Below are positions 9,886-18,308 of a DNA stretch of 64,000 nt, in pieces. The stretch's first letter is position 1; each line of letters opens with the position of its first letter. Source of the DNA: an uncultured Candidatus Saccharibacteria bacterium (GTDB taxonomy: Bacteria > Patescibacteriota > Minisyncoccia > Phycocordibacterales > UBA2100); assembly GCA_964512835.1 (NCBI GenBank), contig CAZELA010000003.1, positions 88,098 to 152,097 on the forward strand, read 5' to 3'. Made by a program: the position numbers and the translations under genes. Under the pieces are notes generated by a model. The model saw only the letters and a program-made list of their open reading frames with translations. It did no database searches and had not been told where the DNA came from.

Positions 9886-10293
9886 ATGAAGCGAAATGAC
9901 GAGCATCGACTGAGTATCGAACGACGCGCGCGGCGGTTCCTGCGGTACATGGATCGGACGTTCCCGCTCGCGAAGAGCAACTGGGTACCGTGGCATCACT
10001 GCATCAACCTCGAGACAATGCGTGTCGAGGACGCCGCCACATGCCCGATTGCGCAGGTGGTCGGCGTCGCAGGCGGCGACTTCTACGCGGCGTGCGAGCG
10101 TATGGGTATCAACGTGAAGGACGAGCGGGAGCTCCAGCACGCCGGACTGTTGCCCTATAACTCACCGAGCGACGACAAGCCGTGGACGGTGGATTATCGC
10201 GCGCTCGAGATTGCGAAGCTCAATGTAGCGATCAGAGCGAAGATCGCTGAACGCTACCGTTACCGGCCGAAACGCATCAGCTTGGTCGCGTAA
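9886..10293 (+). CDS. hypothetical protein
   Basis: Strong SD AGGAGGTGGCAC directly before ATG (9886), in frame within the longer GTG-initiated ORF 9820-10293. Followed by a strong terminator at 10311-10340. Confidence 0.5.
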   Translation: MKRNDEHRLSIERRARRFLRYMDRTFPLAKSNWVPWHHCINLETMRVEDAATCPIAQVVGVAGGDFYAACERMGINVKDERELQHAGLLPYNSPSDDKPWTVDYRALEIAKLNVAIRAKIAERYRYRPKRISLVA

Positions 10294-10310
10294 CCGTGTT
10301 ACAGACCCGA

Positions 10311-10340
10311 CGCGCCGATTTTTGATCGGCGCGTTTTTTA
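10311..10340 (+). terminator. Rho-independent terminator
   Basis: CGCGCCGAT-TTTTG-ATCGGCGCG stem followed by TTTTTTA. Confidence 0.75.
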
Positions 10341-10657
10341 TTGACCCTTCTTTTTGTGTCGCTCTATGCTCTTGCGATAAATTTACACCACAAAACCCGA
10401 TTGCACGGGGGCAATCGGGTGTTATGGTTCGGGAAGTCCCCGATTATCTACATGGGTGGAGATGCACAATTTCGGGCGATGCTTTTGTAGGAAAAGTTGC
10501 AGTTGAGATCTAAGGATAGTAAGAGCCGAAACTTTTACGTCCTCGAAGAAACCGCCATCGCCCGAAGCTATGCGTCTCTATCCCCTATGTAGAGAAAAAG
10601 CGCTCTGTTGGGCGCTTTCTGAGGGGGAATATATCATATTAAAACCACTTGTCAAGT

Positions 10658-11674
10658 ATGGTGAATACCGACGATTCCGCGACCCAGAAGGGCTCCCGGA
10701 CCCTCGATCAAGCCCTGCGACCGGATTCCTGGACAGAATATGTGGGCCAAGGCCCCATCAAAGAGAACCTTCGCATCCTCCTTACGGCCGCAAAAGGCCG
10801 CAACCATCAACCTGAGCACGTGCTTTTGTATGGTCCACCCGGTTTGGGCAAGACAACACTCGCGCATCTCATTGCAAAAGAAGTCGGCGCAAATTTACGC
10901 ACGACGTCCGGTCCCGCGATTGAGCGCGTGGGCGACCTCGCATCGATCCTCACCAACCTCTCTCCCGGTGATGTGCTATTTATAGACGAAATTCACCGTC
11001 TGAACCGCACCATTGAAGAGGTACTCTACCCTGCGATGGAAGCGGGTGTGCTCGATATTGTGATCGGCAAGGGACCTGCCGCGCGTACCGTACAGCTGGA
11101 GCTCCCGCCGTTCACATTGATTGCCGCAACGACGCGCATATCAATGCTCTCGGCACCGCTGCGCTCCCGATTCTCGGGCGGCACGTTCCGTTTGCAGTAC
11201 TACACAGACGAAGAGATCGCGGAGATTCTGCGACGATCCGGGAAGATTCTTGGCATAGAGACGGATATGGATGCGCTGATGGAAATTGCCAAGCGCTCGC
11301 GCTCGACACCCCGAACGGCCAATTACCTGTTGAAACGCGCGCGCGATTACGCCGCAGTCTCTGAACAGGCACTCGACATGAGAGCCGTAAAACGTTCACT
11401 CGCGATGCTGGAGATCGATGAAGCGGGACTCAACCAAACGGACCGTGACATTCTGACACTGCTTATAGAAAAGTACGCCGGAAATCCGGTTGGTTTGAAA
11501 ACGATCGCCGCTGCTCTTTCCGAGGAAGAGGCGACCATTGAAGAAGTGAACGAGCCGTATCTGATGCAGACCGGTCTGATTGACCGCACACCCCGAGGAC
11601 GGGTTGCGACAAAGAAAGCCTACCTGCACATGGGTTTTAAACCGCCTGCGGATGAACCGTCGCTCGGTCTGTAG
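10658..11674 (+). CDS. ruvB: Holliday junction branch-migration ATPase RuvB
   Basis: Walker [15 protein letters not shown], Walker [11 protein letters not shown], sensor and arginine finger, RuvB C-terminal winged helix. The first ATG in the ORF was chosen; TTG at 10649 is an alternative start. Confidence 0.9.
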   Translation: MVNTDDSATQKGSRTLDQALRPDSWTEYVGQGPIKENLRILLTAAKGRNHQPEHVLLYGPPGLGKTTLAHLIAKEVGANLRTTSGPAIERVGDLASILTNLSPGDVLFIDEIHRLNRTIEEVLYPAMEAGVLDIVIGKGPAARTVQLELPPFTLIAATTRISMLSAPLRSRFSGGTFRLQYYTDEEIAEILRRSGKILGIETDMDALMEIAKRSRSTPRTANYLLKRARDYAAVSEQALDMRAVKRSLAMLEIDEAGLNQTDRDILTLLIEKYAGNPVGLKTIAAALSEEEATIEEVNEPYLMQTGLIDRTPRGRVATKKAYLHMGFKPPADEPSLGL

Positions 11675-11735
11675 CTTGACCCCACCACCCTTTTGAGGAT
11701 AATCCCCCGCAGGTAAACCAACGGGGGTCTTCCCA

Positions 11736-12665
11736 ATGACTGAAGCAGCTGAACGGACGAGCGTGTGGCGCGCGGTGCGAGACGAGGAGAAGTCTGAGGC
11801 GATCAAACGGATCGAACAGTCGCTCGACCTCATCGACGACAATCTCGTGATCAACTCGGTCTTCGCTGTACTCAGGCGGTATGGCATTCGCCTGAAGTCG
11901 TTCAGGGCGCCGAAGTGCTCCGTTACGAAGGAATCGTACACGCCGCGGGGCAGCAAGTTCCTGATCTGCGGCAGCGCGTCGCGCGACGAATTCAAGATCC
12001 ACGAGCCCGGCGTGCGTCAGCGCGAAGAGCGCGGAGCAAACTATTTGCTCACGCTCCTGCACGTGTACTTTCACGAGTACTCGCACATGCTCGAGGGCGA
12101 GTACCAAACGAAACAGAAGGATCTGTCTGTCGGCGGGATGCGGTTCACGGGCTCGAAACGAGTGAGCGGGTACATGACGCGTGTCGTGTTCAACCTGCCC
12201 AAGGAATTCGAGTTCCGCGAAGGCACGCTCGTGACGAACTCGATGCTCAACGAGGCCGTGACGGAATCGTTTGCGCGTGAGTGCGTTGCCGAGTACCTGC
12301 GGCTCGATCCGAATTTCGGCGGCGTGGGAGAGGTGGCGGTCTCGATCCACCGCGAACTCATGGAGAACGACTCCGACCTCGTGTTCTATCCCGATCCCGT
12401 GCGCTTCCTCACTATGCTTTCGCAAGAGCTCAAGCAGGCGCTCGGTACCGAGCGAGACGTCAAGCGGCTGCTGTACGGCGACTACTTCAAAGGAACCGAT
12501 GTGCTGCGAAGCCGTAAGTGGAAACGGATTCTCAAGCAGTGCGACCTGTACGGAATCATGCAGGCGTGCGCGGGTGAGTTGCCCGCTCATGCCTACAAAC
12601 TGATCGCACTGCTCCACTCGGAGATGCGAAACATCGAGACGGTTCACCTGAAGATTGTTCGTTAG
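11736..12665 (+). CDS. hypothetical protein with HExxH motif (possible zinc metallopeptidase-like)
   Basis: LLHVYFHEYSHMLEGE contains an HExxH motif followed by Glu. SD-like GGGGGT upstream. Hairpin plus T-run terminator at 12671-12705. The opposite-strand ORF 11637-12683 has shadow composition. Confidence 0.55.
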   Translation: MTEAAERTSVWRAVRDEEKSEAIKRIEQSLDLIDDNLVINSVFAVLRRYGIRLKSFRAPKCSVTKESYTPRGSKFLICGSASRDEFKIHEPGVRQREERGANYLLTLLHVYFHEYSHMLEGEYQTKQKDLSVGGMRFTGSKRVSGYMTRVVFNLPKEFEFREGTLVTNSMLNEAVTESFARECVAEYLRLDPNFGGVGEVAVSIHRELMENDSDLVFYPDPVRFLTMLSQELKQALGTERDVKRLLYGDYFKGTDVLRSRKWKRILKQCDLYGIMQACAGELPAHAYKLIALLHSEMRNIETVHLKIVR

Positions 12666-12670
12666 AACCA

Positions 12671-12705
12671 TGCCGCCGGCCACTCGCCGGCGGCATTCGT
12701 TTTTG
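12671..12705 (+). terminator. Rho-independent terminator after the HExxH gene
   Basis: TGCCGCCGGC-CACTC-GCCGGCGGCA followed by TTCGTTTTT. Confidence 0.7.
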
Positions 12706-12765
12706 AAAAGTTGCGCAGCACGCAGATGTGATTAGGATGCAGATAGACAACCAAGGGAGTGTGTC

Positions 12766-13494
12766 ATGGGACTCGCTGAATTAGCGCTCGTTAATGCCCC
12801 GCACGGTAAAAGCAAACTGATCGTGGACTGCACCTACCGCCGTACACGGTTCAATCCGACCAGGGATAAAGGTAGACCGATCGCAGCAAAGTTCGCCTAC
12901 TCGATGGCGGCACATCTGCTGAAACTTGATGCCGGCCACAGCGAGCAAGAGATCGCATCGCAGCTCGAGTGTTCGGAATCGCAAGCGAAAACATTCGTTG
13001 AATACGGTGCACACGTCGTGAACCGCTCCGGCGAAGCCCAGGAACTGCTCGCCACGATACGCGACGACGTGCATTCGAGACTCGAGAAGGTCGGTATGCA
13101 GTTCATGCTGGACTCGGTCGATATGGAACCGCCTCCGCCGGCGATCCTCGAAATTCCTGACGAGGTGCCGAAGATCATCGCGCTCGTTGCGCGAATACTC
13201 GGCGTTCCCCCGGGACTCATGGTGGGAAACACGAAGCGTTTCCCTGAGATGCACGCACGCCATATCGCCGTCGCAATCGTGCAGTTCAAGAAACCCGCGA
13301 TGTCGCGCCCAAAGATCGGTTCGTACTTCGGCAAGCGCGACAACACGACGATACTGTCATCGCTCCAAAAGATCGATCGGATCGTCCGAGGCGAGGACGA
13401 CGACCCCGTGCTGTTCAAAAAGATCGAACACGTACGCGAAAAACTGGGTCTGGATATTAGCGCGTTCTATTTTGTTCCGAAGAAACCTGCGTGA
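12766..13494 (+). CDS. Orphan DnaA domain-IV-like DNA-binding protein (DnaA C-terminal HTH domain fused to a novel about 130-aa N-terminal region)
   Basis: C-terminal NTKRFPEMHARHIAVAIVQFKKPAMSRPKIGSYFGKRDNTTILSSLQKIDRIVRGEDDDP matches the DnaA domain IV pattern (R..A.aRqiAMYL...S...IG..[12 protein letters not shown]..kI). Compare the genuine DnaA in this window: [39 protein letters not shown]. No AAA+ domain. SD AAGGGAG before ATG. Confidence 0.6.
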   Translation: MGLAELALVNAPHGKSKLIVDCTYRRTRFNPTRDKGRPIAAKFAYSMAAHLLKLDAGHSEQEIASQLECSESQAKTFVEYGAHVVNRSGEAQELLATIRDDVHSRLEKVGMQFMLDSVDMEPPPPAILEIPDEVPKIIALVARILGVPPGLMVGNTKRFPEMHARHIAVAIVQFKKPAMSRPKIGSYFGKRDNTTILSSLQKIDRIVRGEDDDPVLFKKIEHVREKLGLDISAFYFVPKKPA

Positions 13495-14513
13495 ACTTTC
13501 GGCGGCCTTGCGGCCGCCGTTCGTTTATCTGTGTATGCACTTTAAAAACACAAAGGCTTCCACGAGGGAAGCCTTTTGCGTGCACGGCGATTTCAGACCG
13601 ACGACCGCTGCTGCTTGGATTGATATGATCTCCCCTCGCCGCAACCGTTGCCCTAGAGCTCTCGCAGCCTGCTCCCGCTCCATCTTCCGGCTGTTACCCC
13701 GGCGTAGGTCCTGGGAACTGATCCCCGGGACGCTTGGCGTTGCCGCCACCCCCTTGAGACCGACTGACACACGGTAAAGCGCATCAGTACTTCGGAGTAT
13801 ACGGCGTCGTTTTTGTGTGCAAATCGGTTCAAAACCGGATTTATTGCGGATTCCATATGTATAAGTCTGTGGAAAAACATGTGAATAGTCGATCCGTGGC
13901 TCGAGCGTGGAATATTTCGGGCTGTTGATAACTGCAGATATACACACCCTGCCCCGGATGAAGAGACGTATGATACGAGGGACACACGGTAACGAAAAAG
14001 GCTCCGATCGCTCGGGGCCTTTTTTCGTTCTCGGTTATTGAGGATCTGTTCTGCGGGTGTGAAAGGCTTGATACGATCGCACCTTACTCGAGCTGGAGCA
14101 CCGCGCTTGCGCACGATAACCCCGACCGCAAAACCACTGACCTAACCGACAGTTCCTTCAGTTCGTACCGCTTTCGCAATACTGGGATCCAAGGAACGTT
14201 GAGGGGCGCATCGTTCTTGCGAACGTTCGACTCCTCGGTGCTGACACACGGTAAGGAATGTCAGAAGCCCCATAGTATCCCCCGTGCAAGCGGGTCATAT
14301 ATTGAGAAATCCCCCGAAACGGGGGATTTCTCGTGCGTAACTATGGGGATAGCACAGTGGATAACCCGGTGGATAGCCATACCGGTAACCAAAAGGGCCC
14401 TTGCGGGCCCAATTATTACCAATTCTTTCCTAATACACCCTCTCTAATATAGTTGACTTTTTTCATGCTTTTTAAGGGTTATTACTAAGTCTGACGTCAG
14501 TTTATCACTAGTC
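13495..14513. other. About 1-kb ORF-free structured region with repeated 13-mer and DnaA-box-like sequences
   Basis: No credible ORF on either strand. TGACACACGGTAA at about 13764-13776 and 14241-14253, GGACACACGGTAA at about 13980-13992. Near-DnaA boxes TGTGGAAAA (about 13868), TGTTGATAA (about 13922), AGTGGATAA (about 14355), GGTGGATAG (about 14367). Perfect hairpin GAAATCCCCC-GAAA-GGGGGATTTC at about 14308-14333. AT-rich tail 14410-14513. Confidence 0.5.
14388..14412 (-). terminator. Rho-independent terminator (minus strand) after gene 14514-15110
   Basis: Minus strand reads GGGCCC-GCAA-GGGCCC followed by TTTTGG. Confidence 0.6.
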
Positions 14514-15110
14514 TTACTTGAAAAGAAAGACCAGTGCGAGAACGAACAATAAGACTACTGCGATGCCCAAGAATATTGTCTGAAGTACCCATGTCCACAT
14601 CGGCGAGCGAATGATTCCCTCCTCCCCTTGCGCTAGACCCTGGTGGAAGGATCGGCCATCTTCATAGGACTTCTCCTTTCGCAAGACGCCATTCCAGCTC
14701 TTAAATAATGACAGGAAGCCGCCCATGCTATCGTCCCAAAACTTCTCCTTTCGCTTTATGTGCAAGAGCCCCATTACAAGAGAGAGCACGAGGAAGAAGA
14801 GGCTGGTGGCGTAGGATATTTTCACCCACAGAACAGCGGCATAGGAAAGTCGTGCAAACGTGTTTGGGTCTGTGAACGATTGCAGGAAGAGTCCTGCGAA
14901 AGCAAACAGAATGGTCGCAATCTGGACTTCCAGCCCCGTGAACTGGTCTGCGAGCTCGGCACCACGTCTTGCGGAATTTGCCAGGCCAGCGAAGGACGTT
15001 TCGCGAGAGAGACGCGCAAGTTCGCGCTTTTGCTCGACATCCAAACCCGCCGCCTTCGCTGAATCGTGTATTTCTTGCTGAACAAACTTTCTTAGAGTCT
15101 CTTCATCCAT
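14514..15110 (-). CDS. hypothetical membrane protein
   Basis: Three or four predicted TM helices in the C-terminal half. Hairpin plus T-run terminator downstream on the minus strand (about 14388-14412). Confidence 0.5.
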   Translation of the reverse strand: MDEETLRKFVQQEIHDSAKAAGLDVEQKRELARLSRETSFAGLANSARRGAELADQFTGLEVQIATILFAFAGLFLQSFTDPNTFARLSYAAVLWVKISYATSLFFLVLSLVMGLLHIKRKEKFWDDSMGGFLSLFKSWNGVLRKEKSYEDGRSFHQGLAQGEEGIIRSPMWTWVLQTIFLGIAVVLLFVLALVFLFK

Positions 15111-15201
15111 AGAACGCGCATGCTACAGCTACAAAATAGGCTATGCAAGTGGTGCAAAACCCCGCCCATCCCTGTGGACGGGGTTAAACAAGGGGGTGCC
15201 T

Positions 15202-15666
15202 TTACGCGTGGGCCGGGACGCTCTGGTCGTGGTCGTCTTTGCAGGTCATTCCCCCGCAGCCGCGGCACTCACACGCCCATACCGACCAGCGGCCGGAACC
15301 GGCAAATGCGATACCGAGCGAGAGGAGGAAGAGCACCACTTCGAGCTCGTGCTGACCGTAGCCGTTTGCAAAGTGGCCTGTGACCCAGATCGCCACCACC
15401 ATCTCGATTGCAAAGAGAATAGCAAACAGTCGCGGGATGATACCGAGAATAATCGCCGCGCCGCCGATGAGCTCCAGGTATGTGATGAACTCGGCAGTTC
15501 CCGTCGGGAAGCCCATACCGGAGAACATGCCGCCGATCATGTCGGCGTTGTTGAACTTCATCCAGCCGTGCATTACGAACACGAGACCGGTCGCAACGCG
15601 TATTAAAAGTAGTCCGAGCGACGGCTTGTACATCATCCGTCCGCATGTATCCATTAGTGATTTCAT
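15202..15666 (-). CDS. DoxX family membrane protein with Cys-rich C-terminal tail
   Basis: DoxX-like pattern LLLIRVATGLVFVMHGWMKF with 4 TM segments. C-terminal tail CECRGCGGMTCKDDHDQ is unusual. Confidence 0.7.
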   Translation of the reverse strand: MKSLMDTCGRMMYKPSLGLLLIRVATGLVFVMHGWMKFNNADMIGGMFSGMGFPTGTAEFITYLELIGGAAIILGIIPRLFAILFAIEMVVAIWVTGHFANGYGQHELEVVLFLLSLGIAFAGSGRWSVWACECRGCGGMTCKDDHDQSVPAHA

Positions 15667-15749
15667 GTGAATAAGCCTTTAACTGCTATATGTACAGTAT
15701 AGCGCCTCATGAAGTTTGCCATCTACCGGCAAACGAATAGAATTCGGCC

Positions 15750-16283
15750 ATGTCCGGTCACAATAAATGGTCACAAATTAAGCATCGCAAGGGCGCGGCA
15801 GACAAAGCGAAGTCCAACGTCTGGGGCAAGCTCGCCAAGCGCATCATCGTCGAGAGCAAGCTCGCAAACGGCGACCCCAACTCCCCCACACTTCGCACCA
15901 TGATCGAAAAGGCGAAGAAGGAAAACATGCCGAAAGAGAATATCGAACGCGCGATCAAAAAAGGTATTTCCGCAGACGCCGGCTCCATGGAGAGCATCAT
16001 GTACGAAACCTACGGTCCGGGCGGCGCCGCGATACTCATTTCCACCGTTACCGACAGCAAAAACCGCACCGCGCAGGAGATCAAACACCTGCTTACTAAA
16101 AACGGCCTCGCGCTTGCCTCACAGGGCTCGGCTATGTGGGCGTTTCAAAAAGACACCGAGGGCGGATTTACCGCTTCAACGACCGTTCCCCTGAACGAGT
16201 CCGATAACGAAGCGCTGATGAAGATCCTCGAAGAGATTGACGCCCACGACGACGTCGAAGACGTGTACACCAACGCCGAGTAG
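15750..16283 (+). CDS. yebC: YebC/PmpR family transcriptional regulatory protein (short form)
   Basis: N-terminus MSGHNKWSQIKHRKGAADKAKSNVWGKLAKRI is the hallmark of the YebC family. At 177 aa it is shorter than the usual 240 or so. Confidence 0.85.
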   Translation: MSGHNKWSQIKHRKGAADKAKSNVWGKLAKRIIVESKLANGDPNSPTLRTMIEKAKKENMPKENIERAIKKGISADAGSMESIMYETYGPGGAAILISTVTDSKNRTAQEIKHLLTKNGLALASQGSAMWAFQKDTEGGFTASTTVPLNESDNEALMKILEEIDAHDDVEDVYTNAE

Positions 16284-16290
16284 CGTCTGT

Positions 16291-16770
16291 TTAGAGGAGC
16301 GAGTGCGCGATCGCACCGATGATGGCGCCGGCTGCTGCAACGTACGCCATGTGGTACGCGCTTTTCCAAACCGCACGGCCGGTATGGCCGCTCCAGAGTC
16401 CCAAGATGAATGCAAAGGCAAACGAGCATACGATAGCGCTCGTAAACGCACCGCTCACATCCATGAGCATGTACGGCACGAGCGGCACAATGCCGGCAAC
16501 AATATAGAACAGCGCCATCATAAGACTCTCTTTGATGAGCGGCTTGAGTGTCGCCCCCTCTTCTATCTCTTCTTTCCGTGCGAGCATGTTCTTTGCAGCG
16601 GCAGATACTGCGGCGGTGCACACGAAGATGGTACCGACGAGCACAATGGTGGCACTCGAAATACCCGCGATTGCGCAGCCCGACAAAAGACCGACGGTCA
16701 GCACCAACCCATCCTCGATGTGATTCACGAGTGTGGTAACAAATCGCGGGTCGCGGGGGTTAAATGTCAT
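16291..16770 (-). CDS. VIT1/CCC1-family membrane protein (putative metal transporter)
   Basis: Motif EDGLVLTVGLLSGCAIAGISS ... AAVSAAAKNMLARKEEIEEG resembles the VIT family membrane domain (DGlv...aG.aga...). Four or five TM segments. Confidence 0.5.
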   Translation of the reverse strand: MTFNPRDPRFVTTLVNHIEDGLVLTVGLLSGCAIAGISSATIVLVGTIFVCTAAVSAAAKNMLARKEEIEEGATLKPLIKESLMMALFYIVAGIVPLVPYMLMDVSGAFTSAIVCSFAFAFILGLWSGHTGRAVWKSAYHMAYVAAAGAIIGAIAHSLL

Positions 16771-16871
16771 GCGCGGTAGACTACCCTATTGCCTACATTC
16801 GTCAAGCGTGGTCTCGTTTTATCCCATCGGGCGACGTCCCGGTCTTCATTTACGGGGTATACTGGCGCGAT

Positions 16872-17024
16872 ATGGAAGGAACCTGTAACCGATGCCACAC
16901 CGATCTCGCGGGCGGCGGCATCCTTTTTACTCCCCCGGGCGACAATCAGATGTCGCAGAACCTCTGCATGAAATGCTTCGAGAGCATGAACAGCGGCGAC
17001 ATACAGCCCGAGCAGGCGGTCTAG
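16872..17024 (+). CDS. possible small zinc-ribbon protein
   Basis: MEGTCNRCHTDLAGGGILFTPPGDNQMSQNLCMKCFESM has a CxxC-x20-CxxC arrangement. No SD. Sits in a 250-bp gap between two minus-strand genes. Weak call. Confidence 0.25.
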   Translation: MEGTCNRCHTDLAGGGILFTPPGDNQMSQNLCMKCFESMNSGDIQPEQAV

Positions 17025-17767
17025 TCTATCGCCCGCCACAACATATCGAAATACGAGCGCCGCGTTTTTGCTAACGCGGCGCTTTCGATAACGATGATCA
17101 TGTCGTCCGGTCGCGGAGAAATGAGGGCGGTGAATTCTTCCCCGATAACTTCGGTGTACGGTAACGCGTAGCCTTTGGGCAGAAACTTCGACACGCGGTT
17201 TTCGGTCGGGTCTTTACGTACGATCATGCGCGCGTACGGAGAGTCCACGATGAGCTGCATGCTCTGTAGTTTGCGGATCTTCTTTGCCTTGATGATCTCG
17301 TCGAGAATGTACCTTTCGGATACGAAGTCCAAAAAATTCTCCCCCTCAGTAATGATCCGGTACCCGTCGCGTGACTCAAAGATCCGGTCCCACACCGCCT
17401 TGAACCCCGACGGACCGTGAAAAAAGTACACGCCGGGTTTTTTGTAGTGCGAAAGCACGAGCGCATCGAGCGCAGGTAATGACTCCTCGAACATCTGCAA
17501 TCGTTCGCGTGCTCGTTTCAAAAGCATCGACGGCGGGCATGCGCGCAGGTATTCGCGCTTCGCTCGTTTTACTTCCTGGAACGCGCCGGCATCGAGCAAT
17601 TCTTCAAGCACGTAGTACGCGGTTGTGCGCTTGATACGTGCCCGACGAGCCAGCTCAAGGATGGTGCACTCCCCGAGCTCCAGACCTGCGCGGTAGAGAC
17701 GCGCAGCCTTTTCGGACAACCCGGCTCCCCGGATCGCTTCGTCAATCGAATATGCAGCCTTCGCCAT
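17021..17767 (-). CDS. TrmB-like winged-helix transcriptional regulator (paralog 1 of 3)
   Basis: N-terminal HTH (LSEKAARLYRAGLELGECTILELARRARIKRTTAYYVLEELLDAG) and a C-terminal domain alignable with the ORFs at 45856-46623 and 47953-48675. Confidence 0.6.
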   Translation of the reverse strand: MAKAAYSIDEAIRGAGLSEKAARLYRAGLELGECTILELARRARIKRTTAYYVLEELLDAGAFQEVKRAKREYLRACPPSMLLKRARERLQMFEESLPALDALVLSHYKKPGVYFFHGPSGFKAVWDRIFESRDGYRIITEGENFLDFVSERYILDEIIKAKKIRKLQSMQLIVDSPYARMIVRKDPTENRVSKFLPKGYALPYTEVIGEEFTALISPRPDDMIIVIESAALAKTRRSYFDMLWRAID

Positions 17768-17787
17768 AGCCCCACAGTATCAAAATG

Positions 17788-17804
17788 TGTCGAAAAAATC
17801 GACA
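17788..17804. promoter_or_regulatory. Inverted repeat TGTCGA-N5-TCGACA in a divergent promoter region (candidate operator)
   Basis: Between TrmB-like paralog 1 (-, start 17767) and the DUF3307 gene (+, 17870). Confidence 0.4.
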
Positions 17805-17869
17805 GAATATACGGACTTTCAGGTGCGAAACTCCTACGCTTACACACGGAACATACAGAGGAGGTTCTC

Positions 17870-18253
17870 ATGCTCCAGTTGATTGCGCACCTGATCGGCG
17901 ACTACGCGCTCCAAAGCGGATGGATGGCGAACAATAAGACAAAGCGCCACTTCCCTGCGCTCGTTCACGCTCTTGTCTACTTTCTGCCGTTCTACCTGAT
18001 CTTCAACCCGTCGCCGCTTGCGGCGTGTGTGATGGTCGGAACGCACTTTGTGATCGACCGGTGGCGGCTCGCGCGGTACCTCGCGTACTGCAAAGAGTTT
18101 ATTGCTCCGCCGAAAAACTGGCCGCACTGGGCAGATCATGCGGAAACGGGATTCCACAAGGACACGCCCGCATTCCTGGCCGTGTGGCTGATGATCATCA
18201 TCGACAACGGGATGCATCTGGCCATCAACTACGTGTGTCTTACGTATCTGTGA
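17870..18253 (+). CDS. DUF3307 family membrane protein
   Basis: SD AGGAGG 9 nt upstream. IAHLIGDYALQS motif typical of DUF3307. Terminator-like GC hairpin follows at about 18262-18294. Confidence 0.6.
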   Translation: MLQLIAHLIGDYALQSGWMANNKTKRHFPALVHALVYFLPFYLIFNPSPLAACVMVGTHFVIDRWRLARYLAYCKEFIAPPKNWPHWADHAETGFHKDTPAFLAVWLMIIIDNGMHLAINYVCLTYL

Positions 18254-18308
18254 TCTCGTTCGGGGGCCCGCATCTGCGGGCCCCTTGTTTGTACCCTATA
18301 CTGATGCC

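Noticed and set aside
11637-12683. 348-aa minus-strand ORF antisense to the HExxH gene
   Set aside because: Arg/His/Val-rich composition typical of GC-rich shadow frames. The plus-strand ORF has an SD, a terminator and protein-like composition.
13495-14513. CRISPR array, tRNA, tmRNA, RNase P RNA or SRP RNA in the 1-kb ORF-free region
   Set aside because: Repeats are only three copies with irregular spacing of 215 and 262 nt and no regular spacer structure, so it is not CRISPR. No cloverleaf with T-loop GTTCRANYC, no tmRNA tag ORF or 3' CCA-acceptor mimic, and no RNase P CR-I/CR-V or SRP domain-IV consensus could be found by eye on either strand. An unknown ncRNA remains possible.
15196-15646. 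Plus and alternative minus ORFs opposite the DoxX gene
   Set aside because: Shadow ORFs. DoxX has a coherent 4-TM profile and family motif.
16767-17039. 90-aa minus-strand ORF in the VIT/TrmB spacer
   Set aside because: No start signal and shadow-like composition. The plus-strand zinc-ribbon ORF is only slightly more plausible and is listed at low confidence.
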